From positions 2,600-66,599 of the forward strand of contig JBNGDO010000001.1 of assembly GCA_049975385.1 (NCBI GenBank): DNA of 64,000 nucleotides. Direction: 5' to 3'. Shown here in pieces: positions 1-9,868 of this stretch. This DNA comes from Anaerolineae bacterium. Its GTDB lineage: Bacteria; Chloroflexota; Anaerolineae; B4-G1; SLSP01. Every line of letters starts with the position of its first letter. Position 1 is the stretch's first letter. The notes below the pieces were generated by a model. That model did not search any database. It saw only the letters and a list, made by a program, of their open reading frames with translations, and was not told where the DNA came from. A program made the translations under genes and the position numbers.

Positions 1-1541
1 ACGGTCGATTCGGTGGGGCCGTAGAAGTTCCACAGCGGGATGCCCCACGCCAGCACCTTCTGCGCCGGCGCGCGCGGCAGGGCCTCACCGCCGCAGCAGA
101 TCAAGCGCAGGGATAACGGGTCGGCAGTGTCGTAGAGATCGACCAGCCGTTGCAGCGCCGACGGCGTCTGGTTGACGATGGTGACGTGCTCTGCGCGCAG
201 CAGTTCGAGGAACGCTGTGGGCGACTGCGCGACGGCTTGCGGGACGATGACCAACCGGGCTTCACAGAGCAGGGGCGTCCAGAGTTCCCACACCGAGAAA
301 TCGAAGGCGTACGAGTGGAAGACCGTCCACACGTCGGCGGCGTTGAAGCCGAAGACCGGGCGGGTGGCTTCGATGAGGTTGATCACGCTCTGGTGAGCGA
401 TGGCGACGCCTTTGGGTTGGCCCGTCGAACCGGAGGTGTAGATGACGTAGGCCAGGTTGTGCCCCTGCGCGCCGCCATCCAGGTTCGTGTCCGCGTGGGC
501 GGCGATAGCGGGCCACGCGGCGTCCAGGCAGACGATGTGCGCGGGGGTGGGTGGGAGCGTGTCGACGAGCGCGTTCTCGGTCAATAGCACCGGCGTCTGC
601 GTGTCGGCGAGCATAAACGCCTGGCGCTCGGGCGGGTAAGCGGGGTCGATGGGGACGTAAGCGCCGCCGGCCTTGAGGATGCCGAGCATCCCGACGAGCA
701 TCGCCGTCGAGCGCGTGACGTCCATCGCTACGGGGACTTCCGGGCCGACGCCGAGCGCCCGCAGGTGCCGGGCCAATCGGTTGGCGCGGGCGTTCAACTC
801 GCGGTAGGTGAGCGTCTGCCGGGGCTTTCCCGGTTCAGCGCAGACCACGGCGATAGCCTCCGGCGTTCGCGCGGCCTGGCGCTCGAAGCGGCGGTGGATG
901 CACTGTCCGGTATAGCCGGTGTCAGTCGTGGTGTCATTCCAAGCGACGAGGATTTGGTGGCGTTCGGCTTCGGTCAACATGGGGAGGGATTTGAGGGATA
1001 AGTCCGGCGTGGTGACGAAGCCTTCTAGCAGTGTGAGCAGGTGCCCGGCCAACCGCGCGACGGCGGCGGCTTCGAAACGGTCGCCGGCGTAGTCGATGTG
1101 CAGGTGCAGCGCGTCATCGACGGTGATGGTGAAGGGGACGGCGGCGTGTGTGTCCTCCACGCGTGTGCCGAAGACGAGCAGTGTCTCGAGATGGGATAGC
1201 TCCGGCTGGTATGCAGTGGCCGAGTTGGCTTGCAGTGCTGTGAGCCAGGCGCGTGCTTTTTGCTCCGGTTGGATGGTTGTGTGTGTGAGTATGGGAGTTT
1301 GGGTGATATGTACCCCGAAGGCCACGTCTGTTTCGCCGCTGTAGCGGCTGAGGAGTAGCGCCCACGCGCCTTGGATGAGTGTCAGTATATCGAGGGTGTT
1401 CTGGCGGGCAAAGTCACGCAGCGCGGCGGCAAGTTCCGGTGTGGGCGCGACCGCGTAGACTGCGCGCGACGTCACCCCGCCGTTATCCGGCAGGGGTTTG
1501 GCGATAGACAGCGGCGTTGGCGCGGGGAATTCATCAGTCAT
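1..1541 (-). CDS. Non-ribosomal peptide synthetase-like protein, N-terminal part (degenerate condensation-like region + adenylation domain); C-terminus runs off the window start
   Basis: Reverse-complement translation from ATG 1541..1539 gives MTDEFPAPTPL... and shows adenylation core motifs LTYRELNARANRLARHL (A1), AYVIYTSGSTGQPKGV (A3), FDFSVWE (A4) and NFYGPTE (A5). A C-domain-like stretch TLDILTLIQGAWALLLSRYSGETDVAFG precedes them. There is no in-frame stop before position 1, which is why the ORF track does not list it. Confidence 0.8.
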   Translation of the reverse strand, partial: MTDEFPAPTPLSIAKPLPDNGGVTSRAVYAVAPTPELAAALRDFARQNTLDILTLIQGAWALLLSRYSGETDVAFGVHITQTPILTHTTIQPEQKARAWLTALQANSATAYQPELSHLETLLVFGTRVEDTHAAVPFTITVDDALHLHIDYAGDRFEAAAVARLAGHLLTLLEGFVTTPDLSLKSLPMLTEAERHQILVAWNDTTTDTGYTGQCIHRRFERQAARTPEAIAVVCAEPGKPRQTLTYRELNARANRLARHLRALGVGPEVPVAMDVTRSTAMLVGMLGILKAGGAYVPIDPAYPPERQAFMLADTQTPVLLTENALVDTLPPTPAHIVCLDAAWPAIAAHADTNLDGGAQGHNLAYVIYTSGSTGQPKGVAIAHQSVINLIEATRPVFGFNAADVWTVFHSYAFDFSVWELWTPLLCEARLVIVPQAVAQSPTAFLELLRAEHVTIVNQTPSALQRLVDLYDTADPLSLRLICCGGEALPRAPAQKVLAWGIPLWNFYGPTEST

Positions 1542-4500
1542 ATTGATCAAATAGCTTGTTAAGCTGCCGCGGGCGGGCGCGGGTGAGGGCAGCGATGCGG
1601 TCGTTGGATTCGCGGAGCCGCTCACTGAGGACGTTGATGAGCGCCAGCGACATCTCCGGGTTCTGACGCGCCAGGGCGATGAGGGGTTCGCGACGCAGGC
1701 GCAGCGTGAGCGTGTCCTGGATGGCGACGGCGGAGGTGGTGTGCGGGCTGTTATCGAAGAAGTTGGCCTCGCCGAAGTACGAGTGCGCCTCGATGGTTGC
1801 CAGCCGCGCGAAAGAACCGGTGCGCTTCTCCTGCTCGATACCGACGCGCCCGTTGACCACCACGTATAGTGCGCCGCCGGGATCATCGTTGTTGTAGATG
1901 CGCGTGTCTTCCTCGTACATTTCTTCCTCGCAGACGTTCGCCAGAATTTTGAGCTGGTCGATGGTCATCCCCTGGAAGAAGGGGACTTCTTTGAGGAAAA
2001 TGATCTTCTCAATGGCAGAAAGCATAAGGTCCTCCTTCATAAAACCGGTTTGAACGCCGTTTATCAATCGTTTGGCAATCTGGGCCGCGAGACGCACTTC
2101 CTCTTCCGGGTCTTTGAGCGCCGTCACCAGGAGTTCCTCAATCTGGGTGAGGGTGAGGGGGGGAGAGGGAGAGGGAGAGAGAGAGGAGGGGGGAGCGTCT
2201 AGCTTTGGAGTTTCGACGGCTGTGGTCTCGGCTGTTGCCGTTTCGGTTTTGGGGCCGTCGAGCGCGCCGAAGAGGTCGGCGGGGGGGCGACGGCGTGCGC
2301 GCGGCGCGGGCTCGGTGTCGGCGGGCGGCGCGTCAGGCTGGGCCGCCTCCGTCTTTGGCGCGTCGAGGGCGGCGAAGAGATCTTTCGGCGCGGCGCGGCG
2401 CCGGCGACGCCCTTCGGTTTCCGGTGCAGTGGGTGGTGACTCGGGACTCGAAGAGGCTTTGGGCGTGGGCGGGACGAGTGCCGCGCCGAGTTGCCCTAGC
2501 GCAAAGACCGTCATCGTGCGTACCCACGGATCTTCGGGAAGCGTGGCGAGCTTCTGGATGGCTTCGGCGGTATCCGGTGCCTCCATATCCCAGGTTTCCT
2601 TGCTGAGTGTCAAAAGCTTGCTCGTCGGGGTGTCCGGTTCGAAGAGTGGTGCAATCAACTCGGCGGTCTTGGGCGTGGTCAGCGATTCCAGAGCCTCGAC
2701 GGCATTCGCGCGCGTCCGGGAATTGTCGCTGCGTAGGGAATCGTTGATGATTTCTACGCTGTTCGGGTCCTGGATTGCAGAAAGCAGGTAGAAGATTTCC
2801 GTGGTGAGGCGTTGGCTTTGTTCACGCAGCGCGTTTTGCAGCACGGCGAAGCCCGGATGCGTGGCACAAGGTTCCAGAGCTTCGACCAGGCCGTAGTTAC
2901 CGTAGATGGCAAGCAGGTTGCCGGTGATGTTCGCGCCGACGATCAATGGCCCAAACTCCTTAGGGTTGATGCGGCTCAAGACGACGGCGGTCATTTTGCG
3001 CAGTTGTGCGTTTGGCGAATCGAGCTTGGGATGGATGACCGGGATGATCGTCTTGTCGAGTGCCACGAGTGTTGCGGCAGCGGTCTCACGGACTTGCGGG
3101 CTGGTGTCGGTGAGTGCATCGACGATCAGGGGATAGGTTTTGCGGCTGCCTACGCGTCCTAATATGACGAGAGCGGCCCGGCGCGTGCGTTCGACGGGGT
3201 CGTCGAGGCGAGCGCTGACTTTGGCCTCGAGTTCAGTCTTCACCACATCGTTGAGCGATGTCTTCTGCACAGCGGTTTCAATGGCCAGAGCGGCTTCGAG
3301 GCGAACCTCGTCGGCTGGATCATCCAGATAAGCCATCAACCGGTGGAGGGTTTGTTCGCTCTTGATCTGCCCTAGGATGCGGACGCCGTAAGCGCGGTAA
3401 TGGGCATTATCGCCGGTCAGGAGGGCTTCGAACGCATCCGCAGCAGGCTTGAGCGTGTATAGCTGGTCCGATTGCGCCAGGACCGAAAGGACCTGTCCAA
3501 GCACATTGATGTCGGGGTCGTTGACCATATTCGACATTTGGGTGAGGAATTGCGGATCGTTGGGCGCGGCAAGTTGTTGCAGTCCCACAATGGCGGACTG
3601 TCGGACCTGTCCGGAGGGGTCATTGGTAAAGTCGAGATACAGTTGGCGCACGGCATCGCCGCGTAGATCGGCGGCGGCAAGCACGTCGAGGATAGCGGCG
3701 CGGGTGTGGCTTTCGGGTGCGGCGTGGGCGGTCTGGCTCAGGATGGGGATAGCATCGCGCCCGCCGATTCTGCTAATGAGTTGCGCCATAAACACGGTGA
3801 GTTCGTGGCTGGTGCTGCTTTCGAGCTTCTCGCGTAGTTTGCTCAACGTTGCGGGATCGGCGACGGTTAACTCGGAAACACTTTGGGTCAGCAGGAAGGA
3901 GTAGTCCTCTTGTTCGAGCATCTTAACGAGCGCCTGTCCATACTGCCGGCGAACGATAAGTGCATTGGCGATGTAACCGATGGCGAGTGCGAGCGTTAAG
4001 GTAGGCAAGAACCATCGCAGTGCTACAAATGGTGGTAACAAGAGGATACTGCCGATAAACACACCGATGGGGGCGACGAGGCCGTCGATAAAGGCGTGCG
4101 CGCGTCCTTTAATGCGCAAGGGGACAGCGTTGTAGAGCAAACTGTTGATCTGATAGCCAGCGTTGCCATAGAAAGCGGTGCTATCGAAGTAGCCGAAGGC
4201 AGCCATTGGCAAACCGGGGAAGAACGCTAGGCCTGCGGAAATCGCTAGATTGCCGGCTGGGAAGATCAAATAGGCGTTGCCCACCCCAATCCAGCCGATG
4301 ATGCGGCTGAGCAAGAAGAGCTGGAAAGGCAGCATAATCAGGTTCGCCACGCCGGTTACGAGACCGTAGAAATTTGCCATCGCCTCGGTCGTCTGGAGTT
4401 TATCGACAATGATCACGCTGGTCTGATATCCGACAAAGGTGAGGAGAATCACGACGACAAGTGTGCCGGTGGCGATCCAGCGCAGGAAACGTGACTGTGT

Positions 4501-5211
4501 GACGTAATGGTACCCTTCACGTAACTCGTTGAGATATGAGATGCGGGTTTTTTCTGTTGTCTTGGCCTTGACGCCGGATAACCCGGCTGGAAGCGTATCT
4601 CCGGTGGACCTGATTATGCGCGGCATCACCCATGCTCCCAACGCCATCATCCCTAACATACTGAGCCACACGATGATGATACTGTTGGGCGACAGTACTT
4701 TGTTCAGAGACTCCATACTCAACCCGGCGATGATACTACCGATGCTGCCCGCTGTGCCCAGGACGGGCACGATACGCTTGGCCGCTCGTGTGTCGTAGAA
4801 GCCGTTGATGTAAGTGAACCAGTGCGCGGTGAGAATGTCGGTCAGTGGAACGTATATCAACAGATAGAGCAAGGGGTAGGCAACGCGTGTGAGTCCTATA
4901 TTGAGCAGACCAAAGCCAATGAGGATGCCGGTTCCACCGATGAGCAAGATGGCGATCAAAAGCTTGTGACTGGCGATGCGATCGGCGAACGCGGTGTAGA
5001 TAGCGACTGCGGGTATGGAAAGGATGGCTCTAACCATAAAGAACCAGGGCAGTCCCTTCACGCCTACTTGTTCCAGGAAGGCGGCTGCGACGATGGTCTC
5101 GCCCCAGACCGCGCCAAGCGTGACTGCCAGCAGCATCGCATAGAGCAGGAGCAGCCGCGGCCACTCTTCCGATCGAACGTTGAACAGCTTGTTGAGGAAT
5201 TGCACCATAAT
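1534..5211 (-). CDS. Multidomain membrane protein: N-terminal ~12-TM TLC (ATP/ADP-translocase-like)/MFS transporter domain + PBS-lyase-type HEAT repeats + disordered Pro/Arg-rich linker + C-terminal cyclic-nucleotide-binding (CAP-effector) domain
   Basis: Part of the 1261-aa ORF 1534..5319. The likely start is the internal ATG at 5211 (MVQFLNKLF...), which is preceded by AAGGAAGGTG. The N-terminus has hydrophobic TM helices. HEAT-like E..VR..A..AL repeats follow. The C-terminus (FFQGMTIDQLK...GEANFF...TAVAIQDTLTLRL) is a cNMP-binding fold. The stop TGA at 1536..1534 overlaps the next ATG at 1541. Confidence 0.7.
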   Translation of the reverse strand: MMVQFLNKLFNVRSEEWPRLLLLYAMLLAVTLGAVWGETIVAAAFLEQVGVKGLPWFFMVRAILSIPAVAIYTAFADRIASHKLLIAILLIGGTGILIGFGLLNIGLTRVAYPLLYLLIYVPLTDILTAHWFTYINGFYDTRAAKRIVPVLGTAGSIGSIIAGLSMESLNKVLSPNSIIIVWLSMLGMMALGAWVMPRIIRSTGDTLPAGLSGVKAKTTEKTRISYLNELREGYHYVTQSRFLRWIATGTLVVVILLTFVGYQTSVIIVDKLQTTEAMANFYGLVTGVANLIMLPFQLFLLSRIIGWIGVGNAYLIFPAGNLAISAGLAFFPGLPMAAFGYFDSTAFYGNAGYQINSLLYNAVPLRIKGRAHAFIDGLVAPIGVFIGSILLLPPFVALRWFLPTLTLALAIGYIANALIVRRQYGQALVKMLEQEDYSFLLTQSVSELTVADPATLSKLREKLESSTSHELTVFMAQLISRIGGRDAIPILSQTAHAAPESHTRAAILDVLAAADLRGDAVRQLYLDFTNDPSGQVRQSAIVGLQQLAAPNDPQFLTQMSNMVNDPDINVLGQVLSVLAQSDQLYTLKPAADAFEALLTGDNAHYRAYGVRILGQIKSEQTLHRLMAYLDDPADEVRLEAALAIETAVQKTSLNDVVKTELEAKVSARLDDPVERTRRAALVILGRVGSRKTYPLIVDALTDTSPQVRETAAATLVALDKTIIPVIHPKLDSPNAQLRKMTAVVLSRINPKEFGPLIVGANITGNLLAIYGNYGLVEALEPCATHPGFAVLQNALREQSQRLTTEIFYLLSAIQDPNSVEIINDSLRSDNSRTRANAVEALESLTTPKTAELIAPLFEPDTPTSKLLTLSKETWDMEAPDTAEAIQKLATLPEDPWVRTMTVFALGQLGAALVPPTPKASSSPESPPTAPETEGRRRRRAAPKDLFAALDAPKTEAAQPDAPPADTEPAPRARRRPPADLFGALDGPKTETATAETTAVETPKLDAPPSSLSPSPSPPLTLTQIEELLVTALKDPEEEVRLAAQIAKRLINGVQTGFMKEDLMLSAIEKIIFLKEVPFFQGMTIDQLKILANVCEEEMYEEDTRIYNNDDPGGALYVVVNGRVGIEQEKRTGSFARLATIEAHSYFGEANFFDNSPHTTSAVAIQDTLTLRLRREPLIALARQNPEMSLALINVLSERLRESNDRIAALTRARPRQLNKLFDQYD

Positions 5212-5473
5212 CTGCACCTTCCTTAAGGACGCATCGATTGCTATAAGATACTGTCGCTCAGTGTCAGCACAATCGGCCGATGTTGCTACATAATTCCGTT
5301 GACCTTGCTGAACTTTCACAAAGGCGATGACCTTATCATAGCACAGTTTAACTGCGTTAGGATAAAGTTTATGTAGCGGTTTTGTAGCAGTTGTGTTAGG
5401 AAATCACCGTTATGTGAACTTCGCGAAGGTGCACGGGCCTTGGGCTCGCATACTTTCGCAAATCGCGGCAACT

Positions 5474-8400
5474 TCAAAATTTCTCCGGAATGTGGCTCAA
5501 TTGAGGAACTTGGCCGGACTCTGTCAGAATCAATCCCACCCGCGCAGCATACGCGGCACGAATCTCCTGGTGCAGTAGGATGTTCTCCAGATAGGTCCGG
5601 CGGAAGTAGCTATCTGCGGGGATAAGCGCGTGTTTACGCGCCATTTCGTCATAGGCTCTACGGAGATATTTGGTTGCCTCTTCAGGTTGTTCGTTGGCTG
5701 CAAGGGCCTGGCTGTAGCGGAAGAGGATTTCCTCGCTCACGCACTCAGTAATTTGCACAAAACCGAACGTCTGGTAAAGCTCCAGCGCCTTCTGAGCGGT
5801 GTCTAGTGCGTTGTTCAGGTGCTCGTAGACTATGCCGGGCTTGGCGGTGGCGGCATCTTTGGCAAGCATTGCCAGTTTGAGGTGCGCGGCGGTGGCTTTG
5901 CACAGGGCCGCCATCTCATACTGCCGCGAGACCAGGGGGCTTTGAAGGGCAAGCTCTTGGACTTCTTCAGCCAGTTCCAGCGCCATGCGCAGGTGGGCTT
6001 CATCGCCGAGGGCGTTGTAGAGGATGGCCCAAACCAGTTTCAGGCTGGCAAGCCCGCGGTCCTGGACCGGCTCACCGATGTCGCGGATGCGCTCCAGGCT
6101 GGCGAGCGCTTCGGTGTACTGGTATTGCTCGCTTTGAATTTGGGCGATGTGGAACAGCGGGTACACTTCGTCGCGGGAGCCGATCAAGATGCGCTGGCAC
6201 TCTTCCAACAGCGCCAGACCGCCCTGGTAATCACCCAGGTAGATGCCCTGGATCCGCCCGCAGGCCTGCAACGCCTTGCTCTCATTGGGGCGGTGACCGA
6301 TTTCGCGGCTGATGTTAAGACGTTCCTGCTGGTATTCTGTCAGCAGGCGGTAGTAATCGCCGCTGCGTTCAAATTCCAATCCCAGCAGGTTGAGCAGCGA
6401 CATCTGGGTGATCTTGTCGTCGAGGCCCTGGCGCATCGCGAGTGCGGCCGCGGCCTCCAGGTACTCCATACTGAGCGAAGGCTCATCGCTGAAGGCAAAG
6501 ACCCCGCCCATACCGATGAGTAATCGCGCCTCAAAATGCTCGTCCTGCACCTGGCGGGCGAGTTCGAGGGCGCGCTCGGCCAGCGGCTGCCATTCGGGAT
6601 CGCTTAAGGCCAGACGATGGTTGACGATGGCGATGAGGCTTTCCATTTCGCGGCGTTGGTCGCCCAATTCCTGCGCCAGCGCGAGGGCCTGTTGCGCCAT
6701 CGGGATGCCGGCGTCGATTTCTTCTTTGCATTGGTAATCGGCCACGCCCGGCTGTTGGAGCAGCGCGTCGATGGTGAACGTGGGATCGTCGGCTAACTGC
6801 TCTGCCAGCGGCAGCAGCGCCTTGGCATCTTCCCACATCGCTTCGAATTGTCCCATAAGGTAGAAGACCGCGCGCCGCTCGTTGAGGACGCTGAAACGTT
6901 GTATGCGTATGGCGCGGCATTGATCTTCGTCGCTTGCTTTGTGCTCCAATGCGTCGAGGATTTCCAGGGCACGCGTGAACTGTTTGCCTGCTTCGGCGTT
7001 GGCGTAGACGTGCTTGGCGTGCGCAGCGCCCTTGAGAACATAATCCAATTCTTTGTCCGGCAGGCCGGCGTGCCGGAAGTGATAGGCCAAAGCGCCGTAG
7101 AACTGTGGAGAGGGTTCGGTGGCATCCGATTTACAGCAATGGCTTTCGATATACTCGGCAATGCGCAGGTGATAACTGGTTCGTTGGGTGTTGAGTAGAC
7201 GGTCGTAGGCCGCGTCGCGGATCAACGATGATCGGAAGACGTATTCGATGCCTAGCTCCGAAGCGCGCCCGCGCTCGCGGATCAACTGCGCGCGTTGCAA
7301 CGCCGTGAGGTGGGCCTTGACGCGCGCCGGGTGAGTTGCCAAGACTTCGATGATTTTCGACCAGAACACGGTGCCGACCACGGAAGCGATTTGCAGGATG
7401 TGTTGCTCTTCCGGCGTGAGCCGGTCGATGCTTGCCAGAAGTAAGTTCTGCAAGCTATCGGGCAGCGTGAGGGTGGTGACAGCCTGGGTGGTGCGCCAGC
7501 GACCATCCTCCGGCGCACGGGTTAAAATCCCCTCAAAAATCAGCGCGCGCACCAATTCCTGGATGTAATATGGGTTACCCTCGGCTTTGCTGATGATGAG
7601 GTCTTGTGTGGCTTCGGGGAGCACATCCGGCCCGATCAACTTCGCAATCATCTCCTGGCTCTGCTCGGCGGTAAGGGGGGCAAGCGTGAGGCTGGTCAGG
7701 CGATGCGGGTATTCAGTCTCGATGTAGTAGCGAAATTCCCAGATCTGCGAAGTGCGATCTGGCCGGAAGACAAATAGCCACAGCAAGTCAGTGTAATCGC
7801 AGAGTGGGAGGCAGTATTTGAGCAGGTCCAGCGACGTGGCGTCTACCCATTGCATATCGCTGAGGTTGATCACGAGCGGCCCCTGTTGTGTGAGCGCCTC
7901 GACCCAACTGCGCAGCGTGAGGAAGAATTGCTGGCGCAGGCTGTCGGCGTCGAGACGCCTGATCTGCTCGGCGTGGTCAGCTTCCAGTGGAAGTGACAGC
8001 AGCGTCGCCAGGTCGGGATAATACTCATCGGCATGATCGCCCCACAGCATCTCGGCTTGTTGGTAGAGACGGTCGCGCGTTTTCTCCTGCGGCTCGTCCG
8101 AACGGATACCGAGCCAGTTGCGTAGCATGTCTTGCCACACCGCATAGGGTTGCGACTGGGTGTAAGAGCGGCAGCGCCCGCGCAGCCATATGACGCCGAT
8201 CTCCGCATCTGCGGAGGGGGTGGGGTAGGTTGGCTGGCCGACCTCGGCGCCTTTGTCACGCGCTTCGGCCAAGAGCGCGTTTTGCCGGGCGAAATACTGG
8301 CGCACTTCATTGGTGAGCAGTGATTTGCCCATCCCATGTTCGCCCGTAAGGATGACAATGCCGCCAATGCCATCACTTAGGTCTTCGATGCAAGCTTTGA

Positions 8401-9382
8401 GACTGTCAACCTCTGCGTCGCGCCCGATGAGCGGGCTGGGTAGCTCATATTCGGGCTTTTCCAGGCTGACGTAGGGCGCAAGAGGCCGGTAGACAGCGAC
8501 GGGTGTGCTCACGCCCTTGACCTTGATCTCGCCGAGCGGTAGCCACTCGAACTGTGAGGTGGTGAGACGGAACGTGTTCTCACTCACCAGCACGGTGCCG
8601 GGTTCGGCGGCGGTTTCCATGCGCGCGGCAAGCGCGATGGCCTCGCCCATAGCCGTTTCTTCCCGGTACTGGCGGTCGTTGCCCACGCTGGTGACGATGA
8701 CCTCGCCCGTGTTGACGCCCACGCGCAGCGCCAGGCTGATGCCCTCGCGTTTTTCCAGGTCAGCGGCGAACGGTTGCAGTGCCGACTGCATCGCCAGGGC
8801 CGCCAGCACCGCGCGCTCCGGGTCGTCCTCGTGCGCCGTCGTCGTCCCGAAGAAGGCAACCAGGCCATCCCCACGGAATTGATCGACTTTGCCGCCGAAA
8901 CGGTAGATCTCCGTTTCCAGGATCTGGAGGACGCGGTTCATCATCTTGACCCACGCCTCGGTGCCGACCTGTTCCATCAGATCGGTGGAACCTTTGACGT
9001 CCGCGAGGATGATCGTTGCCAGGCGGCGTTCCCCTTCGAGTGGAGCTAGATCGCCGGGTTCTGCTGGGCCGGTCGATGCGCTAGAAAGCGCGCTGGGAGG
9101 CGTGCCAGGAGGCGCACCTTCCGGCACACTTTCTCGGATGCTTTCCGGTGCGCCAGCAAATGCCTGATCTGGTATGCGTTCTGGGGGAACCTCCTGTGTC
9201 CGCAGCGGAATAACGTCGAATGCGGAAGCGGCGCTGAGGGGATTGCCGCACTCGCTGCAAAAGCGATGGGCGCGCGGATTTTTCGTCCCGCAGGCCGGAC
9301 AGACCAGCCGGAGACGCGCGCCGCACATCCCACAGAATTTATGTCGTGCGCGAACCTTGAAGCCGCACTCAGGACACTTCAT
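5474..9382 (-). CDS. Double zinc-ribbon + class III adenylate/guanylate cyclase + STAND (AAA_16/NB-ARC-like) ATPase + TPR-repeat protein
   Basis: The N-terminus has four CxxC pairs (CPECG...CGMCG...CPACG...CSECG). The cyclase domain reads RRLATIILADVKGSTDLMEQ...FRGDGLVAFFG...VGVNTGEVIV. The P-loop is GIVILTGEHGMGKS. The C-terminal ~600 aa are TPR-like helical repeats. Confidence 0.85.
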   Translation of the reverse strand: MKCPECGFKVRARHKFCGMCGARLRLVCPACGTKNPRAHRFCSECGNPLSAASAFDVIPLRTQEVPPERIPDQAFAGAPESIRESVPEGAPPGTPPSALSSASTGPAEPGDLAPLEGERRLATIILADVKGSTDLMEQVGTEAWVKMMNRVLQILETEIYRFGGKVDQFRGDGLVAFFGTTTAHEDDPERAVLAALAMQSALQPFAADLEKREGISLALRVGVNTGEVIVTSVGNDRQYREETAMGEAIALAARMETAAEPGTVLVSENTFRLTTSQFEWLPLGEIKVKGVSTPVAVYRPLAPYVSLEKPEYELPSPLIGRDAEVDSLKACIEDLSDGIGGIVILTGEHGMGKSLLTNEVRQYFARQNALLAEARDKGAEVGQPTYPTPSADAEIGVIWLRGRCRSYTQSQPYAVWQDMLRNWLGIRSDEPQEKTRDRLYQQAEMLWGDHADEYYPDLATLLSLPLEADHAEQIRRLDADSLRQQFFLTLRSWVEALTQQGPLVINLSDMQWVDATSLDLLKYCLPLCDYTDLLWLFVFRPDRTSQIWEFRYYIETEYPHRLTSLTLAPLTAEQSQEMIAKLIGPDVLPEATQDLIISKAEGNPYYIQELVRALIFEGILTRAPEDGRWRTTQAVTTLTLPDSLQNLLLASIDRLTPEEQHILQIASVVGTVFWSKIIEVLATHPARVKAHLTALQRAQLIRERGRASELGIEYVFRSSLIRDAAYDRLLNTQRTSYHLRIAEYIESHCCKSDATEPSPQFYGALAYHFRHAGLPDKELDYVLKGAAHAKHVYANAEAGKQFTRALEILDALEHKASDEDQCRAIRIQRFSVLNERRAVFYLMGQFEAMWEDAKALLPLAEQLADDPTFTIDALLQQPGVADYQCKEEIDAGIPMAQQALALAQELGDQRREMESLIAIVNHRLALSDPEWQPLAERALELARQVQDEHFEARLLIGMGGVFAFSDEPSLSMEYLEAAAALAMRQGLDDKITQMSLLNLLGLEFERSGDYYRLLTEYQQERLNISREIGHRPNESKALQACGRIQGIYLGDYQGGLALLEECQRILIGSRDEVYPLFHIAQIQSEQYQYTEALASLERIRDIGEPVQDRGLASLKLVWAILYNALGDEAHLRMALELAEEVQELALQSPLVSRQYEMAALCKATAAHLKLAMLAKDAATAKPGIVYEHLNNALDTAQKALELYQTFGFVQITECVSEEILFRYSQALAANEQPEEATKYLRRAYDEMARKHALIPADSYFRRTYLENILLHQEIRAAYAARVGLILTESGQVPQLSHIPEKF

Positions 9383-9432
9383 GAATCATGATGAATCATG
9401 AATCATGAATCATGAATCATGATTCATGATTT
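9381..9432. repeat. Tandem heptanucleotide repeat (ATGAATC/ATTCATG units, ~7 copies) filling the whole 49-nt spacer between the cNMP-binding gene and the cyclase gene
   Basis: Reads atgaatcatgatgaatcatgaatcatgaatcatgaatcatgattcatgattta, with direct 7-nt periodicity. On the minus strand it provides in-frame TGA stops two codons upstream of the cyclase ATG. Confidence 0.9.
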
Positions 9433-9868
9433 AGTAATAGGCGTTCAGGGCCATACGGAAACGTTTGGCGAGTTCGACCATGATATCCACGGCCATTTCG
9501 CCATCCCGCCTCAGCACGCCGAGGAAGTTCTCGCGGGGGAGAATGAGGCACTCGGTCGATTCGGTGGCGATAACCGATGCGGTGCGCGGGCCGTTGTCGA
9601 GCAGGGCTAACTCGCCAAAGAAGTCCCCAGGCCCAAAGGTGTTGACTACCGCCTTGCTGCCGTCGGCCTTCTCGCGCACGGCCTCGGCTTTTCCGGATGC
9701 AATGACGAAGAATCCGTACCCATCGCGGCCCTGCGGCACAATCACCTCGCCGGGAGCGCACGTACGATCGACGAAAATCCGCGCTAGGTTTTGGATTTGG
9801 CGCTTCTTCAAATTTTCAAAGAGGGGGACTTTACAGAGAATCTCGATTGCTCGTTCCAGGTCTGCCAT
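9431..9868 (-). CDS. Standalone cyclic-nucleotide-binding domain protein (145 aa)
   Basis: MADLERAIEILCKVPLFENL...GDFFGELALLDNGPRTASVIATE is the canonical CAP/cNMP-binding beta-barrel signature with no fused output domain. An AT-rich promoter-like region lies upstream (9890..9960). Confidence 0.85.
   Translation of the reverse strand: MADLERAIEILCKVPLFENLKKRQIQNLARIFVDRTCAPGEVIVPQGRDGYGFFVIASGKAEAVREKADGSKAVVNTFGPGDFFGELALLDNGPRTASVIATESTECLILPRENFLGVLRRDGEMAVDIMVELAKRFRMALNAYY

Noticed and set aside
1534-9868. Interpreting the cyclase + cNMP-binding + membrane protein trio as a Pycsar-type antiphage system
   Set aside because: Pycsar cyclases are compact, and their effectors are small cNMP-binding proteins fused to a few-helix TM domain or to TIR. 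Here the cyclase is a 1302-aa STAND/TPR signalling protein and the membrane partner is a 12-TM transporter with HEAT repeats. It is kept only as a low-probability alternative inside a finding.
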